Source: an uncultured Flavobacterium sp.
Lineage (GTDB): Bacteria > Bacteroidota > Bacteroidia > Flavobacteriales > Flavobacteriaceae
DNA length: 64,000 nt
Direction: 5' to 3'
Assembly (NCBI GenBank): GCA_963513255.1
Contig: CAUPPG010000001.1
Span: forward strand, 150,902 to 214,901
Made by a program: the position numbers and the translations under genes. This document shows positions 10,655 to 20,806 of the stretch, piece by piece. Position 1 is the stretch's first letter. Each line of letters opens with the position of its first letter. The notes below the pieces were generated by a model. The model saw only the letters and a list, made by a program, of their open reading frames with translations. It was not told the DNA's origin and searched no databases.

Positions 10655-11362
10655 TTATATATTTACTACAGTTCCTATGTTTTCGCCTTCGCAAATTTTA
10701 ATTAGGTTACCCTCTTTGTTCATATCAAAAACTACGATTGGTAATTGATTCTCTTGGCTTAAAGTAAATGCCGTAGTGTCCATTACATTCAATCCTTTGC
10801 TCAATACATCTTCAAAAGAAATGTAGTCAAATTTCACAGCGCCAGCGTTCTTTTCTGGATCAGAATCATATACACCATCAACACGAGTTCCTTTTAAAAT
10901 CACATCAGCGTTGACTTCAATTCCACGTAAAACGGCTGCAGTGTCCGTTGTAAAATAAGGGTTTCCTGTTCCTGCTCCAAAAATTACAATTCTACCTTTT
11001 TCTAGGTGACGAACGGCTCTTCTTTTGATATATGGCTCAGCAATAGATTCCATTTTTAAAGCGGTTTGTAAGCGAGTTTTCATTCCTTTGTCTTCCAAGG
11101 CGCCTTGCAATGCCATACCGTTAATAACGGTAGCTAACATTCCCATATAATCGCCTTGAACACGATCCATTCCTGAGCTTACTCCAGCAACACCTCTAAA
11201 GATGTTTCCTCCACCAATTACAATGGCAATTTCTACTCCTTTATCATGAATTTGTTTGATTTCGTCAGCATATTCTGCTAATCTTTTCGGGTCAATTCCG
11301 TAGTTTAAATCGCCCATTAAAGCTTCGCCACTTAATTTCAGAAGAATTCTATTGTATTTCAT
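10655..11362 (-). CDS. pyrH: UMP kinase
   Basis: [30 protein letters not shown]. Confidence 0.97.
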   Translation of the reverse strand: MKYNRILLKLSGEALMGDLNYGIDPKRLAEYADEIKQIHDKGVEIAIVIGGGNIFRGVAGVSSGMDRVQGDYMGMLATVINGMALQGALEDKGMKTRLQTALKMESIAEPYIKRRAVRHLEKGRIVIFGAGTGNPYFTTDTAAVLRGIEVNADVILKGTRVDGVYDSDPEKNAGAVKFDYISFEDVLSKGLNVMDTTAFTLSQENQLPIVVFDMNKEGNLIKICEGENIGTVVNI

Positions 11363-11519
11363 GAGTTAGTTGAGTTATTTGATGCAAATATAGTTATATT
11401 CTGATTTTTTGAAATAGTGTTTTAAAAAATAATTTGAAAGGATTTTTTGTACTTAAGTAATAAAAGTCACGTTTAATTTTTCTTTTAAAGGATACCTTTG
11501 TCTGTGTAAAATTTAATGT

Positions 11520-12125
11520 ATGAAAATCGTTATTGCTCAAGCTTTGTTTAAAAGTCATTCGTATCCAGAATACAGAAAATTAATGGCTGATTTATTGAAA
11601 GAAGGAAAATCTACCGCTGTAGAACAAACAGAAGAACGTACGCATTATAGTGAATTAAATGAGGCAAGGATGCATCGTTTGGATAAAACGATAAAAATTA
11701 CAGAAGAAAATAGTGTCAAGTTAAAGACTTTAAACAAAAGTTATCTTTGGATAGTACTGACGGAAAGTTGGTGTGGGGATGCGGCACAAATTTTGCCTAT
11801 TTTTAATAAAATGGTATTGGAAGCCAACCAAAAAATCGAGTTGAAATTAGTACTGCGTGATGAAAATACAGCATTAATGAATCATTTTTTGACCAACAAA
11901 GCCAAGGCTATTCCAAAACTAATTCTCATTGATAAAGCTACGGGGTCTGTAGTAGGTGATTGGGGACCAAGACCTAAGGGAGCTATCGATTTAATGGAAA
12001 GTTATAAAGAAAAATTTGGAATAATTGACGAAACAGCTAAAACTGAATTGCAGTTATGGTACTTGCACGATAAAGGGTTGAGTACGCAAAATGAGATTAT
12101 TCAGTTACTTCAGCATTTAGAATAG
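11520..12125 (+). CDS. Thioredoxin-fold protein (Thioredoxin_9 type)
   Basis: TESWCGDAA, AIPKLI, WGPRP motifs. Confidence 0.8.
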   Translation: MKIVIAQALFKSHSYPEYRKLMADLLKEGKSTAVEQTEERTHYSELNEARMHRLDKTIKITEENSVKLKTLNKSYLWIVLTESWCGDAAQILPIFNKMVLEANQKIELKLVLRDENTALMNHFLTNKAKAIPKLILIDKATGSVVGDWGPRPKGAIDLMESYKEKFGIIDETAKTELQLWYLHDKGLSTQNEIIQLLQHLE

Positions 12126-12804
12126 ATTTTTCAAACTGCTCCGGAGTCAACGCATTCTGCACATTATATTCTCCAATTTTAGTACGACGCAAAGCCGTTA
12201 AATGGGAGCCTGAGTTCATTGCTTTTCCAAAATCAAATGCTAATGAACGAATATAAGTTCCTTTACTACAAACCACTCTAAAGTCAATTTCTGGCAAGTT
12301 GATTCGAGTGATTTCAAATTCGTAGATGGTTGTTTTTCGGGATGCAATTTCTACTTCAACACCTGCTCTTGCATGTTCATATAAGCGAATCCCTTCTTTT
12401 TTTATAGCCGAAAAAACAGGGGGTTTTTGGTCAATCTCACCTAAAAATTGCGTCACCGTTTTGTGAATTAAAGCTTCGTCAATATGAGTGGTAGGGTAAG
12501 TTTGATCAATTTCGGTTTCTAAATCATACGAAGGCGTTGTGGCTCCAATAAAGAAAGTACCGGTGTATTCTTTTGGTTGTGCCTGAATTTCAGTGATTTT
12601 TTTGGTGAATTTACCCGTGCAAATAATCAATAATCCAGATGCTAAAGGATCTAAAGTTCCTGCGTGACCAATTTTGAATTTTTTGGGCAAATCAAAATTG
12701 CGCTTTAAAATGTATTTCAACTTGTTCACCGCTTGAAAAGAAGACCAAGTCAACGGTTTGTCAATCAAAAGAACTTGACCATTCAAAAAATCGTCTGCTT
12801 GCAT
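12097..12804 (-). CDS. truB: tRNA pseudouridine(55) synthase
   Basis: KIGHAGTLDPLASG, CSKGTYIRSLA. Confidence 0.96.
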   Translation of the reverse strand: MQADDFLNGQVLLIDKPLTWSSFQAVNKLKYILKRNFDLPKKFKIGHAGTLDPLASGLLIICTGKFTKKITEIQAQPKEYTGTFFIGATTPSYDLETEIDQTYPTTHIDEALIHKTVTQFLGEIDQKPPVFSAIKKEGIRLYEHARAGVEVEIASRKTTIYEFEITRINLPEIDFRVVCSKGTYIRSLAFDFGKAMNSGSHLTALRRTKIGEYNVQNALTPEQFEKSILNAEVTE

Positions 12805-13589
12805 TAAATAATAGTCAAGGGATGAATGAAAAAGTGGATGATTAATAACACAATTCCAGCTACAATTCGGTAATATCCAAAAAGTTTAAAGCCTCGTCTA
12901 CTTAAAAATCCAATAAATGTTTTTATAGCCAAAAGGGCTACAATAAAAGCAATAACATTCCCTATGATTAAGAAATTGATTTGATCGTGAGTTAACACTA
13001 GTCCCTCTTTGTAATAGTCATAACATTTTTTCACAGTAGCCCCCAACATAGTAGGAACGGCTAAAAAAAATGAAAATTCAGCTGCTGAAGTACGTGCTAA
13101 TTTTTGAGACATACCTCCTACAATTGTAGCGCCACTTCTGGATACTCCAGGAATCATCGCGATACATTGGAACAGTCCAATTTTTAAAGCTTTTAAATAG
13201 GTGACTTCCGTTTCTTGAGAATTGTTGAACCAATCGTCTACTTTTAGTAATAGGATTCCTCCAATTAAAAGTGAAACAGCAACAGTAACTGGATTTTCAA
13301 GTAAAGCGTCTATTTTTTTGCTGAAAAGCAAGCCTAGAACTACCGCAGGGATAAAGGCAACAAGAAGTTTAAAATAAAAATCAAACGTTTGGAAAAATCG
13401 TTTAAAATAAAGCACTACTACCGAAAGGATAGCGCCTAATTGTATTACAATAGTAAAAAGTTTAGTGAATTCGTCATGTTCTATCCCGAAGAAAGAAGAG
13501 GCAATAATCATGTGTCCTGTAGACGAAACAGGTAAAAATTCAGTAATGCCTTCAATTATTGCGAGAATTATAGCTTGTAATGTATTCAT
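12804..13589 (-). CDS. uppP: Undecaprenyl-diphosphate phosphatase
   Basis: [23 protein letters not shown]. Confidence 0.96.
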   Translation of the reverse strand: MNTLQAIILAIIEGITEFLPVSSTGHMIIASSFFGIEHDEFTKLFTIVIQLGAILSVVVLYFKRFFQTFDFYFKLLVAFIPAVVLGLLFSKKIDALLENPVTVAVSLLIGGILLLKVDDWFNNSQETEVTYLKALKIGLFQCIAMIPGVSRSGATIVGGMSQKLARTSAAEFSFFLAVPTMLGATVKKCYDYYKEGLVLTHDQINFLIIGNVIAFIVALLAIKTFIGFLSRRGFKLFGYYRIVAGIVLLIIHFFIHPLTII

Positions 13590-13835
13590 TTAGGCTTTTT
13601 TTGGATTTTTCAAAATAGCATAAATGGTAATTCCAAAACCGATTAAAACAGTAGTGGGTGCTAAACGAATGCGTCTGAAACTAAATATATCTTCGTTGAA
13701 AACAGTAGGGTCGTCACTTCCTCCACCGGACATTAGAATAAATCCCAATGCAATTACGGCAATACCAATCAGTAAGATTTTATAATTTACTTTTTCAAAA
13801 AGAAATTCTTGTTTGTGTTCGCTATTGTTTTTCAT
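13590..13835 (-). CDS. DUF3098 small membrane protein
   Basis: Two TM segments, GFILMSGGG..RRIRLAP. Typical position between ftsX and uppP in Bacteroidota. Confidence 0.85.
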   Translation of the reverse strand: MKNNSEHKQEFLFEKVNYKILLIGIAVIALGFILMSGGGSDDPTVFNEDIFSFRRIRLAPTTVLIGFGITIYAILKNPKKA

Positions 13836-13838
13836 AAA

Positions 13839-13863
13839 GTCATTGCGAGGAACGAAGCAATCT
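13839..13863 (+). repeat. REP-like palindromic element, family A copy 1
   Basis: GTCATTGCGAGGAACGAAGCAATCT in the ftsX-DUF3098 spacer. Confidence 0.8.
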
Positions 13864-13876
13864 CCTCAAGTTTTAG

Positions 13877-14752
13877 TTAATACAAATCGTCTGTTCGTAA
13901 ATTCAAGAAACGTTGTGTTGCAAAATAAGTACTCAACCAAGTAATTAATACACCAATTCCAAAAACAGAGATTAATACTAAAGCGATGAGTAATTGGTCG
14001 TCAAGAAGTCCTAGTTCTGGAAAATTACTTTCCAAATAAACTAATACTCCAATCAAAGCTAAAATAGCTAATCCAGCACCAATCATTCCCAAACGAATAC
14101 TTCGCAGTACGAATGGTTTTCTAATAAAAGCTTTTGTAGCTCCCACCATTTGCATGGTTTTGATGATAAAACGGTTGGAATGAATGGACAAGCGCAACGA
14201 ACTATTGATAAGTAATACAGCAATAATGGTGAAAAATCCGCTAATAATAAGGATCCACATACTCACTTTCTTGATATTGTCATTTACTAAATTGACTAGT
14301 TGTTTGTCGTATACAATGTCTGAAACCATTGGATTTCTTCTCAATTGACTTTCTACTTTTGCAATACTATCTTTATAAACAAAGTCGGCTTTTAAGTGAA
14401 TGTCAAACGAATTTTGTAATGGATTTTCGCCAAGAAAAGTCACAAAATCTTCTCCAATAATATCGGTATGTTGTTTGGCAGCAGCATCTTTTGAAACGTA
14501 TTCAAAAGTTTTAGCAAATGGTGCTTTTTTTAATTCGGCATCAAATGATTTGATAATCGTGTCGTTAGCTTCGTTTTTGAAAAATACTGTCATCGCAATG
14601 TTTTCTCTAAAATCATCCGCTAATTTTTTTGAATTAATAATGAAAAGCCCTAACATTCCTAACAAGAATAAGACTAAGAATACACTTAATACTACAGAAA
14701 AATAAGAGGAAATTAAACGGCGTTTTTGAAATTTATCGTAAGAAGAACTCAT
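13877..14752 (-). CDS. ftsX: Cell division permease-like protein FtsX
   Basis: N-terminal TM, GENPLQNS loop, MQMVGATKAFIRKPF. Confidence 0.92.
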   Translation of the reverse strand: MSSSYDKFQKRRLISSYFSVVLSVFLVLFLLGMLGLFIINSKKLADDFRENIAMTVFFKNEANDTIIKSFDAELKKAPFAKTFEYVSKDAAAKQHTDIIGEDFVTFLGENPLQNSFDIHLKADFVYKDSIAKVESQLRRNPMVSDIVYDKQLVNLVNDNIKKVSMWILIISGFFTIIAVLLINSSLRLSIHSNRFIIKTMQMVGATKAFIRKPFVLRSIRLGMIGAGLAILALIGVLVYLESNFPELGLLDDQLLIALVLISVFGIGVLITWLSTYFATQRFLNLRTDDLY

Positions 14753-14949
14753 AGTTTGTCAAAATTATGGGGTAAAAATAACAAAGAATTTCTTTATTTA
14801 AAGTTAATATCGTTCAAAGTTTTAACTTTCATACAATAAACGTAAATTTGGCACCTGAAATTGTAAAAGTTAGACCGACTTTTTCATTTTTTATTTAAAA
14901 ACCAACCTATTTTCAGTCGAAGCAATGGCTGAGATAAATTTAGTATACA

Positions 14950-17817
14950 ATGAAATACAATCCGAACGAAATTGAAGCGAAATGGCAAAAGTATTGGGCA
15001 GAAAATCAAACTTTTGCAGCGCAAAATAATTCTGATAAACCCAAACATTATGTGTTAGATATGTTTCCGTATCCATCAGGAGCGGGCTTGCACGTGGGGC
15101 ATCCGTTAGGGTATATTGCTTCGGATGTGTATTCTAGATACAAAAGACACCAAGGATTTAATGTGTTGCACCCAATGGGGTATGATAGTTTTGGATTGCC
15201 AGCAGAACAATACGCAATTCAAACAGGGCAACGTCCAGAAGATACGACTTCGGTCAATATTGATGGTGGAGTTGACAAAGAAGGAAATCAAATTGCTGGG
15301 TATAGAAAACAGTTGGATAAAATTGGATTTTCGTTTGATTGGAATCGTGAAGTGCGTACTTCTAATCCCAATTATTACAAGCATACACAATGGATTTTCA
15401 TTCAATTATTTAATTCTTGGTACAATAAAAATACAGATAAGGCAGAAGATATTGTTACTTTAGTCGCGTTATTTGAAAAAGAAGGCAATTCGAATGTCAA
15501 TGCAGTTTGTGATGATACTATTGTTCTTTTTTCGGCTTCAGAATGGAAAGCCTTTTCATCAGAGGAACAACAAAAAATACTGTTGCACTACCGTTTGACG
15601 TATTTGGCAGAAACTGAGGTGAACTGGTGTCCAGGATTAGGAACCGTTTTGGCGAATGACGAAATTGTAAATGGTGTTTCAGAACGTGGTGGTTTTCCAG
15701 TGATTCGTAAAAAAATGACGCAGTGGAGTATGCGAATTTCGGCTTATGCAGAACGTTTATTACAAGGTTTGAACACCATTGATTGGACCGAAAGTATTAA
15801 AGAAAGTCAACGCAACTGGATTGGAAAATCGGTTGGAGCTATGGTTTCATTTAACGTCATTGCGAGCGAAGCGAAGCAATCTATCGAAGTATTTACAACA
15901 AGACCTGATACTATTTTTGGAGTTACATTCATGACTTTGGCTCCAGAACATGAGTTAGTGGCACAAATTACGACTCCAGAACAAAAACAAGCGGTGGAGG
16001 AATATATCGAAAAAACAGCAAAACGTTCCGAGCGGGAGAGAATGGCCGATGTCAAAACCATTTCGGGTGTTTTTACGGGAGCTTATGCTGAACACCCATT
16101 TACGAAACAACCGATTCCGGTTTGGATAGGCGATTATGTTTTGGCAGGATATGGAACTGGAGCAGTAATGGCGGTGCCTTGTGGAGACGAAAGAGATTAT
16201 GCTTTTGCTAATTTCTTCAAAGGTCAAAACGGAATGCCTGCCATTAAAAATATTTTTAACAAAGACATTTCGGAAGCGGCTTATGGAGATAAAGCCGGCT
16301 TTGAACTAATAGATTCTGACTTTTTGAACGGCTTAGGCTACAAAGAAGGGACTAAAAAAGTAATTGAAGCCTTAGAAAAAATAGGACAAGGAAAAGGGAA
16401 AACTAATTACCGTTTGCGTGATGCTGTTTTTTCGCGTCAGCGTTATTGGGGAGAGCCATTTCCAGTATATTATGTCAATGGATTGCCTCAGATGATTGAT
16501 GCACAACTTTTGCCTATCATTTTGCCAGAAGTAGCTAATTATTTGCCTACCGAAGACGGTTTGCCTCCTTTAGGAAATGCGACTACTTGGGCATGGGACA
16601 GCGTTAAGTGTTCAGTGGTTAGTAATGAGTTGATAGACCATAAGACAGTCTTTCCTTTGGAATTGAACACTATGCCGGGTTGGGCAGGAAGTTCGTGGTA
16701 CTGGATGCGTTATATGGATGCACACAACGAAAACGAATTTGCTAGTCAAGATGCCTTGAAATATTGGGAAAGTGTGGATTTGTACATTGGCGGAAGCGAA
16801 CACGCCACGGGGCATTTATTGTATTCTCGTTTTTGGAACAAATTTTTAAAAGACAAATGCTTTGCGCCAACAGAAGAACCGTTCAAAAAACTGATTAATC
16901 AGGGAATGATTTTGGGAATGAGTGCGTTTGTGTACCGTTTGGACGGAACGAATACATATCTTTCTAAAAATCAAATTAAAGATCAAAATGTACAACCTAT
17001 TCACGTAGATGTCAATTTGATTAATAGCTCTGACGAGTTGGATATTGAAGCGTTTAAAAATTGGAGAGAGGATTATGCGAATGCGGAGTTTATCACTGAA
17101 GAAAATGGCAAATATATTGTAGGTCGCGAGATTGAAAAAATGTCAAAATCCAAATACAATGTCGTTACACCGGATTTGATTTGTGCTGAATATGGTGCTG
17201 ATACCTTGCGTTTGTACGAAATGTTTTTAGGTCCATTGGAACAAGCCAAGCCTTGGAACACTGCTGGAATTTCCGGAGTCTTCGGTTTCTTGAAAAAGTT
17301 ATGCCGTTTGTATTTTGACGATAATGGTTTGATTGTTACAGACAACGAGCCTACAAAAGACAATTTAAAATCGTTGCACAAAACGATTAAAAAAGTGGCA
17401 GAGGATATTGAGAGTTTTTCATTCAATACTTCGGTTTCTCAATTTATGATTTGTGTAAACGAATTGTCGACTCAAAATTGTCATGAAAGAGCGATCTTAG
17501 AGCCGTTGGCGATTTTAATATCACCTTATGCACCGCACATTGCTGAAGAATTGTGGTCTTTATTGGGTCATTCGGATTCGATTGCTACGGTAGCTTTTCC
17601 TAAATTTGAAGCCACTCACTTGGTTGAGAGCAGCAAAGAATATCCGGTTTCGTTCAACGGTAAAATGCGTTTTACGATTGAATTGCCTTTGGATTTAACC
17701 AAGGAACAAATCGAGGAAATTGTGATGAAAGATGAGCGTACTTTACGTCAATTAGATGGAAGAACACCTAATAAAGTAATTATTGTACCTGGAAAAATTA
17801 TCAATTTAGTAGGGTAG
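14950..17817 (+). CDS. leuS: Leucine--tRNA ligase
   Basis: MFPYPSGAGLHVGH (HIGH), FTTRPDT editing domain, KMSKS. Confidence 0.98.
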   Translation: MKYNPNEIEAKWQKYWAENQTFAAQNNSDKPKHYVLDMFPYPSGAGLHVGHPLGYIASDVYSRYKRHQGFNVLHPMGYDSFGLPAEQYAIQTGQRPEDTTSVNIDGGVDKEGNQIAGYRKQLDKIGFSFDWNREVRTSNPNYYKHTQWIFIQLFNSWYNKNTDKAEDIVTLVALFEKEGNSNVNAVCDDTIVLFSASEWKAFSSEEQQKILLHYRLTYLAETEVNWCPGLGTVLANDEIVNGVSERGGFPVIRKKMTQWSMRISAYAERLLQGLNTIDWTESIKESQRNWIGKSVGAMVSFNVIASEAKQSIEVFTTRPDTIFGVTFMTLAPEHELVAQITTPEQKQAVEEYIEKTAKRSERERMADVKTISGVFTGAYAEHPFTKQPIPVWIGDYVLAGYGTGAVMAVPCGDERDYAFANFFKGQNGMPAIKNIFNKDISEAAYGDKAGFELIDSDFLNGLGYKEGTKKVIEALEKIGQGKGKTNYRLRDAVFSRQRYWGEPFPVYYVNGLPQMIDAQLLPIILPEVANYLPTEDGLPPLGNATTWAWDSVKCSVVSNELIDHKTVFPLELNTMPGWAGSSWYWMRYMDAHNENEFASQDALKYWESVDLYIGGSEHATGHLLYSRFWNKFLKDKCFAPTEEPFKKLINQGMILGMSAFVYRLDGTNTYLSKNQIKDQNVQPIHVDVNLINSSDELDIEAFKNWREDYANAEFITEENGKYIVGREIEKMSKSKYNVVTPDLICAEYGADTLRLYEMFLGPLEQAKPWNTAGISGVFGFLKKLCRLYFDDNGLIVTDNEPTKDNLKSLHKTIKKVAEDIESFSFNTSVSQFMICVNELSTQNCHERAILEPLAILISPYAPHIAEELWSLLGHSDSIATVAFPKFEATHLVESSKEYPVSFNGKMRFTIELPLDLTKEQIEEIVMKDERTLRQLDGRTPNKVIIVPGKIINLVG
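15856..15882 (+). repeat. REP-like palindromic element, family A copy 2, in frame within leuS
   Basis: GTCATTGCGAGCGAAGCGAAGCAATCT = codons 303-311, VIASEAKQS. Confidence 0.8.
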
Positions 17818-17837
17818 TTTTGAAATAAATTTGAATT

Positions 17838-17873
17838 AATCTCTGTTCCGACTTTTCGGGACAGAGATTTTTT
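17838..17873 (+). terminator. Intrinsic terminator after leuS
   Basis: AATCTCTGTTCCGA-ctt-TTCGGGACAGAGATT followed by a T run. Confidence 0.75.
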
Positions 17874-17911
17874 ATTTTTAAAATAGCCAAATCAATCCAT
17901 AACCAAATAAC

Positions 17912-18382
17912 TTATAATTGGATTTGTCTGTCAATTTGTTGGTCTAAAGAAATGAAGGTTTCTGTTCTAGAAACGCCTTCAATAGCTTGAATTTTGGTAT
18001 TTAATAAGTGCATCAAGTGTTCGTTGTCCAAACAGATGATTTTAATCAAGATGGACCAGTTACCAGTAGTATAATGGCATTCCAGTACTTCTGGAATTTT
18101 CTTTAAATCGCGTACTGCTTCTGAATTTCGGGCGGCTTTGTCCAAATAGATTCCCACAAAAGCCATAGTATTGTAACCTAATACTTTGTGATTTACGGTA
18201 AACTTAGAGCCTGAAATTACGCCAGATTGCTCTAATTTTCGTAAGCGTTGGTGAATAGCAGCTCCTGAGATTCCAATTTTATTGGCAATTTGGAGAATGG
18301 GTTTACGTGCATCTTCCATTAAATCGCGCAAAATTTCTTTGTCGATACCGTCTATTTCTACTTGTAGTGAATTGATTTTCAT
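17912..18382 (-). CDS. Lrp/AsnC family transcriptional regulator
   Basis: N-terminal HTH (DARKP..AIHQRLRKLEQSGVI) and AsnC ligand-binding domain (ECHYTTG). Confidence 0.92.
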   Translation of the reverse strand: MKINSLQVEIDGIDKEILRDLMEDARKPILQIANKIGISGAAIHQRLRKLEQSGVISGSKFTVNHKVLGYNTMAFVGIYLDKAARNSEAVRDLKKIPEVLECHYTTGNWSILIKIICLDNEHLMHLLNTKIQAIEGVSRTETFISLDQQIDRQIQL

Positions 18383-18483
18383 TTTTTGTAAATTATAACC
18401 AAAATGCCTTTTTTAGTTCAAATTGAAAATCAAAAGTAGAAAAAATAAAATGAATTATATGATTTTTATTTAGTTTAGCTTAT

Positions 18484-18510
18484 AAAAAAACCATCCGAAA
18501 GGATGGTTTT
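18484..18510 (-). terminator. Intrinsic terminator after the hemD-like gene
   Basis: AAAAAAACCATCC-GAAA-GGATGGTTTT. Confidence 0.8.
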
Positions 18511-18530
18511 GAATTGTATTTGTAAGGAGT

Positions 18531-19280
18531 CTATTTTCCTTTATTTGCTTCGGCAATGTATTTTTCTAAAGCCATTGTCATGGATGGTGTTCCAGGAGTT
18601 GGCGCCATAATGTCAATTCGTAATCCGTGATCCAGCGCTTCTTTTTGAGTAGTGCTTCCAAAAACTGCGATACGAGTATCGTTTTGTTTGAAATCAGGGA
18701 AGTTCTTGAACAATGATTTGATTCCTGTTGGGCTAAAGAAAGCTAATACATCATAATATACATCAGCTAAATCAGACAAGTCACTCATTACTGTTTTGTA
18801 AAAAGTAGCTGGAGTCCAATCTACTTTTAAGCCGTTTAGAGTAACAGGAATATCAGCATTCAATTGGTCTGAAGCAGGCAACAAAAATTTTTCGTCTTTG
18901 TATTTCTTAATCAAAGGTGATAAGTCGGCAAAATCTTTAGGGCCTACGTATATTTTACGTTTTCTGTACACCACATATTTTTGTAAGTAAAATGCAATTG
19001 CTTCTGATTGGCAAAAGTATTTTAATCCTTCAGGGACTTTGTAGCGCATTTCTTCGGCCACTCTAAAAAAGTGATCTACCGCGTTTTTACTTGTTAAAAT
19101 AATTGCACTGTAATTATTCAGGTCAATTTTTTGAAGTCTAATTTCTTTGGCGCTAACCCCTTCTACGTGAATAAAAGGTCTGAAATCAATTTTTATTTTA
19201 TGCTTTTGTTGCAGCTCAAAGTACGGAGAATTCTCCACTTTAGGCTCTGGTTGCGACACCAAAATTGTTTTCACTTTCAT
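18531..19280 (-). CDS. Uroporphyrinogen-III synthase (HemD)-like protein
   Basis: ILVSQP, AIILTSKNAVDHFF, FFSPTGI; Bacteroidota HemD-like family. Confidence 0.8.
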   Translation of the reverse strand: MKVKTILVSQPEPKVENSPYFELQQKHKIKIDFRPFIHVEGVSAKEIRLQKIDLNNYSAIILTSKNAVDHFFRVAEEMRYKVPEGLKYFCQSEAIAFYLQKYVVYRKRKIYVGPKDFADLSPLIKKYKDEKFLLPASDQLNADIPVTLNGLKVDWTPATFYKTVMSDLSDLADVYYDVLAFFSPTGIKSLFKNFPDFKQNDTRIAVFGSTTQKEALDHGLRIDIMAPTPGTPSMTMALEKYIAEANKGK

Positions 19281-19292
19281 ATTTAACTTTTT

Positions 19293-19964
19293 CTAAGCAA
19301 TTCCTTTTGTAAACCAATAATACATGAAATAGTAAGGGGCTATTTCGAGAGCGCAAAGATACAAAATAAAATAAAACAACTTACTGAATATTAAATTTTG
19401 ATAATTTTTTATGGAAATGATGTAAGTAACTAGATTAGAAACTACTACGATTGCGATAATAGCAAAAGGAAACATTCTAGAAACGTTATCGTAATAAAAA
19501 AATAACATATTAATTGGAAGCAAAAGAAGTCCAATATAGGTTCGATAGGTTACTTTTTGATGATTAAATTGTTCTACAAATTCTTCGATATGGAAAGAGG
19601 TAGCTATTATTTTTTCTACCAAAACTTTTGCTAAAATGAAGAAAAGTAAAAAATTGGTAATTTGAATGTATTGCATCCAATCAGTCTTGGTGCCATACCC
19701 ATAAATGCTTAAAGACAGTTGGATAAAAAAGGATAAAGAAACAACTTGAACAAAAAATAAGGCTATCGTAAATCCGTTTTTTAAATTGCTGCTTTCTCGG
19801 TATACTTTGTTGTATTTGTCCGAAAAAAGTAGGTTAGCAAAATCGCTGAATCGATTTTCAAATGCAGATTTGGTAATTGCAATGGTTGCAAGACACAACA
19901 AAAACAATAGGGTTGCCCAATCAGTATTCTCAGTTATTCGTGGATGAAGTACGTATTCAGTCAT
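19293..19964 (-). CDS. DUF4271 membrane protein
   Basis: Multi-TM protein ending YFILYLCALEIAP, upstream of the hemD-like gene. Confidence 0.8.
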   Translation of the reverse strand: MTEYVLHPRITENTDWATLLFLLCLATIAITKSAFENRFSDFANLLFSDKYNKVYRESSNLKNGFTIALFFVQVVSLSFFIQLSLSIYGYGTKTDWMQYIQITNFLLFFILAKVLVEKIIATSFHIEEFVEQFNHQKVTYRTYIGLLLLPINMLFFYYDNVSRMFPFAIIAIVVVSNLVTYIISIKNYQNLIFSKLFYFILYLCALEIAPYYFMYYWFTKGIA

Positions 19965-20068
19965 AGTGTGACAAAATTACTAATTTTTTATTTCATTCTT
20001 TTATTATAATTTTATTATGACTCAAATGGCATAAAAAGCTTACTTTTGCGCAGAAATTACTCAAAAAT

Positions 20069-20794
20069 ATGAATGATTGCATTGTTATAATCCCTACCTA
20101 TAACGAAATTGAGAATGTTGAGAGCATTATTAGAACAGTGCTTTCACAACACAAACCATTTCACGTTTTAATTATCGATGATAATTCTCCAGATCACACC
20201 GCTGATAAAGTAATTGCGCTTCAGTCAGAATTTCCTGGTCGTTTGTTTTTGGAAAAAAGAACTAAGAAGGCAGGCTTAGGTACGGCTTATGTTCACGGGT
20301 TTAAATGGGCAATGCAACATCATTATGATTTTATTTTTGAGATGGATGCTGATTTTTCGCACAATCCTCATGATTTGGAAAAATTATACAAGGCGTGTCA
20401 TCTTGGCGATGCTGATTTGGCGGTGGGTTCTCGATATGTCACAGGTGTTAATGTGGTCAATTGGCCTTTGAGTCGTGTTCTGTTGTCGTATTTTGCGTCG
20501 GTGTACGTGCGTTTAATTACTGGAATGAAAATTCATGATGCTACTGCGGGATTTGTATGTTACAAAAGACAAGTGTTAGAGAGTATTAATTTGGATCAAA
20601 TTAAATTTGTAGGTTATGCATTTCAAATCGAAATGAAATATCGAACTTTTTGTAAAAATTATCAAATCACCGAAGTGCCTATCATTTTTACCGATAGAAC
20701 CAAAGGGCAATCAAAAATGAGTAATTCCATTATCGTGGAAGCAGTATTTGGGGTTATTGCACTTCGATTAAAAAAATTAGTCAACACATTATAA
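20069..20794 (+). CDS. Polyprenol monophosphomannose synthase (GT2, DPM1-like)
   Basis: IIPTYNE, IDDNSPD, GLGTAY, EMDADFSH, GYAFQIE. Confidence 0.9.
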   Translation: MNDCIVIIPTYNEIENVESIIRTVLSQHKPFHVLIIDDNSPDHTADKVIALQSEFPGRLFLEKRTKKAGLGTAYVHGFKWAMQHHYDFIFEMDADFSHNPHDLEKLYKACHLGDADLAVGSRYVTGVNVVNWPLSRVLLSYFASVYVRLITGMKIHDATAGFVCYKRQVLESINLDQIKFVGYAFQIEMKYRTFCKNYQITEVPIIFTDRTKGQSKMSNSIIVEAVFGVIALRLKKLVNTL

Positions 20795-20806
20795 GAAAAA
20801 GATAGG

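Noticed and set aside
13877-14752. ftsX without adjacent ftsE
   Set aside because: The ftsX-DUF3098-uppP-truB arrangement is usual in Bacteroidota, with ftsE encoded elsewhere.
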